Positions 6,461-11,273 of a stretch of 11,273 nt of DNA are shown piece by piece. The notes beneath the pieces were generated by a model that did no database searches, was not told where the DNA came from, and saw nothing but the letters and a program-made list of their open reading frames with translations. Every line of letters begins with the position of its first letter. Position 1 is the first letter of the stretch. The position numbers were made by a program, and so were the translations under genes. The stretch spans positions 1 to 11,273 of the forward strand of contig CAZPQE010000188.1 of the NCBI GenBank assembly GCA_964588615.1. Reading direction: 5' to 3'. This stretch comes from an uncultured Clostridia bacterium (lineage in GTDB: Bacteria; Acidobacteriota; Blastocatellia; UBA7656).

Positions 6461-7279
6461 TCAGGCCCCGGCTGGTTTCTCTTTGACGTCCGCTTCCGAA
6501 CCCTTCTTTCCTCCAAGCGGAATAAGCATCGAGACCTGCTTTCTGTACTGCTCGTACTTCTCGCCGTGCGCGCGCACCAGATCGCGCTCTTCGAACTGTA
6601 TGGCCACAACCATGTAGGCCGTCGTCATCACCGCAAACAGAAGATGCCCGCCCGACATGCGCGGCGTGGCCCAGAAGGCGATGATGAATCCAAGCAGAAG
6701 AGGATGCCTCACCGCTTTGTAAAACAACGGCGTCCTGAAAGCCGGCGGAGGGCAGTCCGTGCCTTTCAGATAGCAGTAAGCCTGCTTCAAACCGAAGAGG
6801 TCGAAATGGTCTATGAGAAAAGTCGAAAGCAACACCACGCCCCACCCAAGCCAGAAGAGCAGTTGCAGCGCGATGCGCCCGGCGGGATTCTGCACATCCC
6901 ACGCGACGCGGCCAAGCCCGATGGGCCGCCATTGCCAGAACAACAGCAATAACAAAAGGCTCGAAATCAAAACGTAGGTGCTGCGCTCCAGAAGCGGCGG
7001 AACCGCTTTCGTCCACGCGCGCTTGAACCACTGGCGGGCCATCACGCTGTGCTGGATGGCGAAGAGCCCGAGCAGAAGGATATCGATTGTCAGCCTCAGC
7101 GCGAAGCTCTCTCCCTGCGTTCCCGCTGTGGTCACATCGATTGATCTTGGAACTATGATGTTTTCTCTCACGCGGTAGAGGTTGCCGCCCGCCACGAACA
7201 GAATGGCATAGAGAAACGTCCCGAAAAATATCAGGTAGCAAATCACCCCGTAGAGGAAACCTGCGATTCGAACCAGCAT
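6461..7279 (-). CDS. ICMT/PEMT-family integral membrane SAM-dependent methyltransferase (MddA/NnrU-like)
   Basis: Within ORF 6461..7348 I prefer the ATG at 7279, which is preceded by the strong SD AAGGAGGGGAGTGAA. There are multiple hydrophobic helices. The C-terminal family signature is VRHPLLLGFIIAFWATP...AIQFEERDLVRAHGEKYEQYRKQVSMLIP (RHPxY/LxG ... EE..L...G..Y..Y...V..IP). Confidence 0.7.
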   Translation of the reverse strand: MLVRIAGFLYGVICYLIFFGTFLYAILFVAGGNLYRVRENIIVPRSIDVTTAGTQGESFALRLTIDILLLGLFAIQHSVMARQWFKRAWTKAVPPLLERSTYVLISSLLLLLLFWQWRPIGLGRVAWDVQNPAGRIALQLLFWLGWGVVLLSTFLIDHFDLFGLKQAYCYLKGTDCPPPAFRTPLFYKAVRHPLLLGFIIAFWATPRMSGGHLLFAVMTTAYMVVAIQFEERDLVRAHGEKYEQYRKQVSMLIPLGGKKGSEADVKEKPAGA

Positions 7280-7504
7280 TTCACTCCCCTCCTTGGCCTG
7301 GCCGGTCGCTGGTGGTGAGTCAGCCTGGAATCCGGCCACGCCGATCAAAAGCTCACAGCATGCTCGGCGACAAACTGCGCCGAGCGATTTATAAGCGCCT
7401 GCAAGTATGAGGAAAGTATTTGCCCGTAGTTTACACCTGAAGATGCCAGCGTCAAACCCGGATTCAGATCGAGCGATGCGAAGACAACAGGCAAAGAAAC
7501 CTTC

Positions 7505-7533
7505 TTCTCACTTCGCGCTGCCGGTGATACAAT
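7505..7533 (+). promoter_or_regulatory. Candidate promoter with extended -10 for the NfeD-flotillin operon
   Basis: TGaTACAAT (7525-7533) is an extended -10. A weak -35 TTCTCA (7505-7510) lies 17 bp upstream. An SD AGGAG lies 7 nt before ATG 7619. Confidence 0.25.
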
Positions 7534-7618
7534 CTCGCCGCTTTCGGTTGCAGAGTCAGTTTGTCGGATAACGAACGTCTAACCCGCCGCAGACGACGGG
7601 CGGACAGGAGCAGGCGAT

Positions 7619-8194
7619 ATGTTTTCAAACATCAGTGCGCTTTCGATATTCCTCGGCATAGCGGCCATAGGATTTCTCTTTCTGCTCATCTCGCTCATCT
7701 TCGGAGGAATCTCCGACCACTTCGATGCAGGGCATGGTTTCGATCACGACCTCGGACACGGCGGGCCGGGGTTTTTCAGTTCGCGGGGCATAGCCGTTTT
7801 CATCACCACCTTCGGCGGATTCGGAGCCATAGGCATCTATCGCGGCGTCGGCATCCTTCCCAGTTCGTTCATAGGCTTCGGAGGCGGAATGGTGATGGCC
7901 ACGCTGGTCTATTTCTTCGCCCGCTTCCTCTACGGCCAGCAGGCCACAAGTACAGTCGCTTCTTCTGATCTCGTAGGCCGCTCCGCTCAGGTGTCTGTGG
8001 GCATACCCGCAGGCGGAGTGGGGCAGGTTCGCTGTCTGGTAGGCGAAAGCATCGTCGATAAGATCGCCCGCTCCAAAGACGGCAACGCCATCGCGCTCAA
8101 CTCGGTGGTGAAGATCGAAGAGATCGTAGGCGAATCGGTCATCGTCAGCACCGTAAACAGTCAGCTTCCCGCAGGCAACAGGCCCGAAGCGTGA
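7619..8194 (+). CDS. NfeD-like membrane protein (flotillin-associated, short NfeD/YuaF/YqiJ type)
   Basis: N-terminal hydrophobic helices are followed by a Gly-rich segment (FGGFGAIGIY, FIGFGGG) and a C-terminal OB-fold-like soluble domain (GRSAQVSVGIPAGGVGQVRCLVGESIVDKIARSKDGNAIALNSVVKIEEIVGESVIV). It lies immediately upstream of the flotillin gene, as in the yuaF-floT and yqiJ-yqiK gene pairs. Confidence 0.75.
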   Translation: MFSNISALSIFLGIAAIGFLFLLISLIFGGISDHFDAGHGFDHDLGHGGPGFFSSRGIAVFITTFGGFGAIGIYRGVGILPSSFIGFGGGMVMATLVYFFARFLYGQQATSTVASSDLVGRSAQVSVGIPAGGVGQVRCLVGESIVDKIARSKDGNAIALNSVVKIEEIVGESVIVSTVNSQLPAGNRPEA

Positions 8195-8222
8195 GCCTGC
8201 TTCAGGTAGGAGGACACTCGTC

Positions 8223-9797
8223 ATGAATATGGAAACCTTAGTGATTCCGATCACTGTCCTGGTGATCATTCTGGCGTTAGTGATCGCAATGGTGGTGATG
8301 GCAAAGAACTACATCAAGGTTCCGCCAAACGCCGCAGCCGTTTTTTCAGGACGCAAGCGCAAACTTGCCGACGGACGCACAGTAGGCTATCGCATAATCA
8401 AGGGCGGCGCAGCATTGCGCATCCCGCTGCTTGAAAAAGTCGATTACCTCTCGCTCAATGTCATCACCATCCCTCTGGAAATACGCCGCGCCTACACCCT
8501 CAAGGGCGTGCCTGTATCGGTCAAAGCAGTGGCCAACGTCAAGATCAAAAGCGACGACGTCTCGCTGCAAGCCGCTGCCGAGAGATTTCTCGGCATGTCG
8601 ATTCAGGAAGTGCAGCGGGTGATTTTTCAGACCCTCGAAGGCCACCTGCGCGCGATACTCGGCACGCTGACTGTCGAAGAGATCAACAACGACCGACAGA
8701 GCTTCGCTCAAAAACTCACCACAGAAGCTGCCTCGGACCTCGAACGCATGGGAATAGGCGTAGATGTTCTCACCATTCAGGAGATCAGCGATGAAGAGGG
8801 CTACCTCGACGCGCTCGGCAAACGCCGCACTGCCGAAGTCAAACGCGACGCCGACATCGGTCAGGCCGAGGCCACCCGCGATTCCAAGATCAAGTCCAGC
8901 CTCGCCATGCAGGAAGGCGAAAAGGTCAAGCTCGACACCGAAGCCAATATCTCTCTGGCCCAGCGCGACCTCGAAGTGAAAAAAGCTCAGTATCAGGCCG
9001 AGGTCGAAAAAGAGCGCGCCACAGCCGAGCAGTCCGGGCCGCTCTCTTCGGCCAAAGCGCGGCAGGCAGTCATCGCCGAAGAAGTGCGCATCGAGAGAGT
9101 GCGCACGCAGGAGCAGATTTCAGTTCAGGAACAGGAAATACTCAGAAAAGAAAAAGAGCTCGAAGCGACTGTCGTCAAACCCGCCGACGCCGCGCGCACG
9201 GCTGCCGTGCTCAAGGCCGAAGCCGCAAAGCAGTCGGTCATACTCGAAGCCGAAGGCCGAAAGGCATCGCTCATCGCCATAGCCGAAGCCGATCAGGAAC
9301 GCCTCAAAAAGGAAGGCCAGGGACGCGCCGCCGCCATCGAGGCCGAAGGCAAGGCCGAGGCTTCGAAGATAGAAGCCATCGGACTCGCTCAGGCCAAAGC
9401 CATCGAAGCGCAGGGAGTCGCTGAAGCAAACGCCATTTTGAAGAAAGCCGAAGCGTGGAAACAGTTCAACGAATCGGCAAGACTACAAACTATCCTTGAG
9501 AAACTGCCCGCGATACTTCAGGCGACGGCTCCGGTATTCGGCGCAGTGGCCGCGCCTCTTGGAAACATCGATAAAGTTGTGGTCATCGAGCAGGGCAACG
9601 GCAACGGACAGAGCGGCGTGAGCCGGTTCGCATCGACTGCGCCCTCGGTCATCTTCGGCCTCCTCCAGCAACTCGAAGCCCTGGGGATCAATGTGCCCAG
9701 TCTTCTGGCGCAACTCGGAGTCTCGAAAGACTCAATCGCTGAAACAGCGAAGACCACTATCGTCGAGCCGATAGATGAGAACATCGAGGGACATTAA
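8223..9797 (+). CDS. Flotillin-family SPFH/band-7 protein (FloT/YuaG/YqiK-like)
   Basis: The 524-aa protein has an N-terminal TM helix and an SPFH domain (VPPNAAAVFSGRKRK...TLTVEEINNDRQSFAQKL). This is followed by a long Ala/Glu-rich coiled-coil (EA repeats: AEAEGKAEASKIEAIGLAQAKAIEAQGVAEANAI) and a C-terminal tail, which is the typical flotillin architecture. Confidence 0.85.
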   Translation: MNMETLVIPITVLVIILALVIAMVVMAKNYIKVPPNAAAVFSGRKRKLADGRTVGYRIIKGGAALRIPLLEKVDYLSLNVITIPLEIRRAYTLKGVPVSVKAVANVKIKSDDVSLQAAAERFLGMSIQEVQRVIFQTLEGHLRAILGTLTVEEINNDRQSFAQKLTTEAASDLERMGIGVDVLTIQEISDEEGYLDALGKRRTAEVKRDADIGQAEATRDSKIKSSLAMQEGEKVKLDTEANISLAQRDLEVKKAQYQAEVEKERATAEQSGPLSSAKARQAVIAEEVRIERVRTQEQISVQEQEILRKEKELEATVVKPADAARTAAVLKAEAAKQSVILEAEGRKASLIAIAEADQERLKKEGQGRAAAIEAEGKAEASKIEAIGLAQAKAIEAQGVAEANAILKKAEAWKQFNESARLQTILEKLPAILQATAPVFGAVAAPLGNIDKVVVIEQGNGNGQSGVSRFASTAPSVIFGLLQQLEALGINVPSLLAQLGVSKDSIAETAKTTIVEPIDENIEGH

Positions 9798-9800
9798 AGC

Positions 9801-10022
9801 ATGCCGCTTGGAGAGGTAATCGGGTCTGTTCTGGAGCTTATCTTTGAGGTCGTCTTCAATGAGGCGCTACGCTTTCTGGTCAGAGGGCTTGGCTGGCTGA
9901 TAATCAAATGCGTGACTCTGGGCAGAGCCAAAAGCGGTTTCGATAGCCCCGCCGCTCTGGTCGTGGGACTGATGGGCTGGGCCTCGATACTTGTCGGCCT
10001 CTACTGGCTCTTTTTCATTTAG
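9801..10022 (+). CDS. Small hydrophobic membrane protein (73 aa), operon partner of flotillin
   Basis: Its ATG lies 3 nt after the flotillin stop codon. There are two predicted TM segments (LVRGLGWLIIKCVTLG and LVVGLMGWASILVGLYWLFFI). Confidence 0.45.
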   Translation: MPLGEVIGSVLELIFEVVFNEALRFLVRGLGWLIIKCVTLGRAKSGFDSPAALVVGLMGWASILVGLYWLFFI

Positions 10023-10042
10023 CGAAGGCTGGCTTCAAAATC

Positions 10043-10510
10043 ATGAGCATCCAACCGCCCTACATCGCCAGCAACCGTTGTGAGGACTCGCCGACCGACG
10101 CGGTGGCCATTCATTGCAGCGACCATCGCTTTCAAACCGGATTCAGAGAATTCCTCATCGATGGATTGAAGCTCGACTCTTACGCTTTGCTCTCCGTTCC
10201 GGGCGGCGGGCATTTCCTGTCACTCGAACTCTACATGCCAAAATTTACGAAAGCCAATCTGCAAAGTCTTTCGTTTCTCATCAAGCGAACCAGCGCGCGT
10301 CGGATCATACTCATCGGCCACAGCGATTGTCTCTTCTTCAGAGACCGCGCCGAGTTCCTGTTTGCCGAAAAGGAGTTCGATCAGAAGCAGACGGCCAGTC
10401 TGCGCGCGGCGCGAAACCGGCTCCTGGAGCGGTTTCCGCTCTCATCAGTCGAACTCTACTTCGCCCGCGCGGACGCGGACGGAGTGCTCGCTTTCATCAA
10501 GGCAGTGTAA
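10043..10510 (+). CDS. Beta-carbonic-anhydrase-like (cab-type fold) protein with Cys-Asp-Arg / His-x-x-Cys metal-site motifs
   Basis: The 155-aa protein carries AIHCSDHRF (C-x-D-x-R) and ILIGHSDC (H-x-x-C), about 68 residues apart. Between them, LLSVPGGG sits where beta-CA has the RNAGN region. By eye it aligns with the small archaeal-type beta-CA (Cab). Its start is 20 nt after the preceding gene. Confidence 0.45.
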   Translation: MSIQPPYIASNRCEDSPTDAVAIHCSDHRFQTGFREFLIDGLKLDSYALLSVPGGGHFLSLELYMPKFTKANLQSLSFLIKRTSARRIILIGHSDCLFFRDRAEFLFAEKEFDQKQTASLRAARNRLLERFPLSSVELYFARADADGVLAFIKAV

Positions 10511-10551
10511 ATGTCCTTTGTCATTCGCCCTTCGATTGCGACAAGGGACAT
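10511..10551. terminator. Hairpin between convergent genes (candidate bidirectional terminator)
   Basis: ATGTCCTTTGTC (10511-10522) pairs with GACAAGGGACAT (10540-10551). The 12-bp stem has one G.U-compatible mismatch and a 17-nt loop. It starts right at the stop of the beta-CA-like gene and lies 22 nt from the stop of the cytochrome gene. There is no clear U-tract. Confidence 0.3.
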
Positions 10552-10573
10552 AAGGCATAAGACGACGGGCGAA

Positions 10574-11215
10574 TCAGTGCTTGCCCGGAGAGAGTGCGAC
10601 GCCTTTTCGTTGAGCGGTTATGTAAGCCTCGACTGCCAGCATTCGCGGATCGTCGAGCGCGATGGGTTTTCCCTTCATAGGGTTTTCGATGCACCAGTTG
10701 ATCATATCGCGGAGGGCAGCGACTTTTTTCAACTGGGTCTGAAATTTGGGATAAGTTTCAGGGTGAGTGTTGGAGCCGTTCGGGTGGCACATATCACAGG
10801 ATATTCCTATCGTGCCGCCCAGCCCTTTCCAGTCGTGAAAGAGCTTGTTGCCTTCCTCGACTATGCGCTTCTGCTCTCTCTCCCAGGTCAGCCGGTCTCG
10901 TTCTGTCCACTTCGATGTCTGCTTCTGCCCGGCTGAGACCTGGGCCATCATTTTGGCCGCGACCTGACGGGCCATCTCAGGCGGCATCGCTTCGCCCTCG
11001 CGGATGCCCGCGACTTCCATAGTGGATTTGCCGTCGCAAAGCTGAACGACGAGGTTTCCGCTGTCGCTCTTCACTTCCGCATGTTTCGGCTGATTCTGCT
11101 GCGCGGCGGCGACTGCGCCGGGGCTGACGGATCGACCTGCGGTGTCGGAAAACAAAAATGCAAACGCCATCGATGCGAACGCAACGAGAGCCAGCAGCCT
11201 GGAAAGTTTTTTCAT
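10574..11215 (-). CDS. Secreted mono-haem c-type cytochrome
   Basis: SD GGAGGAA lies 6 nt upstream of ATG 11215. The signal peptide is MKKLSRLLALVAFASMAFA. There is a single CxxCH haem-binding site (GISCDMCHPNG). The downstream NPMKG provides a candidate axial Met. Confidence 0.75.
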   Translation of the reverse strand: MKKLSRLLALVAFASMAFAFLFSDTAGRSVSPGAVAAAQQNQPKHAEVKSDSGNLVVQLCDGKSTMEVAGIREGEAMPPEMARQVAAKMMAQVSAGQKQTSKWTERDRLTWEREQKRIVEEGNKLFHDWKGLGGTIGISCDMCHPNGSNTHPETYPKFQTQLKKVAALRDMINWCIENPMKGKPIALDDPRMLAVEAYITAQRKGVALSPGKH

Positions 11216-11273
11216 GATCGCTTCCTCCGAAACAAGATGTCAGATGTTGGAGGTCAGATGTTTGTCGATAGGC

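Noticed and set aside
1-11273. Mobile elements, CRISPR arrays, integrases, phage or defence-island signatures.
   Set aside because: There are no transposase or integrase-like ORFs and no long terminal inverted repeats. There are no regularly spaced direct repeats. GC content is uniform across the window. The gene content is housekeeping and envelope-related.

Overview
The window is an 11.3 kb, GC-rich (about 58-60%) bacterial chromosomal segment. Almost all of it is coding, with 13 supportable protein genes on both strands. I found no rRNA, tRNA, CRISPR array, transposase or integrase. In coordinate order the genes are: the 3' end of a repeat-containing protein; a class I SAM-dependent methyltransferase; a GNAT acetyltransferase; a secreted DUF3500-like protein; a secreted peroxiredoxin-like redox protein; a zinc-ribbon PilZ (c-di-GMP receptor-type) protein; threonine synthase; a small secreted protein; an ICMT/PEMT-family membrane methyltransferase (MddA/NnrU-like); a tightly spaced four-gene cluster (NfeD-like membrane protein, flotillin (SPFH/band-7) protein, small membrane protein, beta-carbonic-anhydrase-like Zn-motif protein); and a secreted mono-haem c-type cytochrome. 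The most notable observation is in the peroxiredoxin-like gene: an in-frame TGA sits at the position of the peroxidatic cysteine, giving a U-x-x-C redox motif, so it is best read as a selenocysteine-containing protein rather than two ORFs or a pseudogene. A 30-aa single-transmembrane-helix micro-ORF lies just downstream of it. Other points worth a second look are a repeat-rich leader upstream of thrC, a small palindromic element flanked by 9-bp direct repeats between two convergent genes, and a divergent beta-CA-like protein at the end of the flotillin operon. All functional calls come from motif recognition by eye. No database search was possible.
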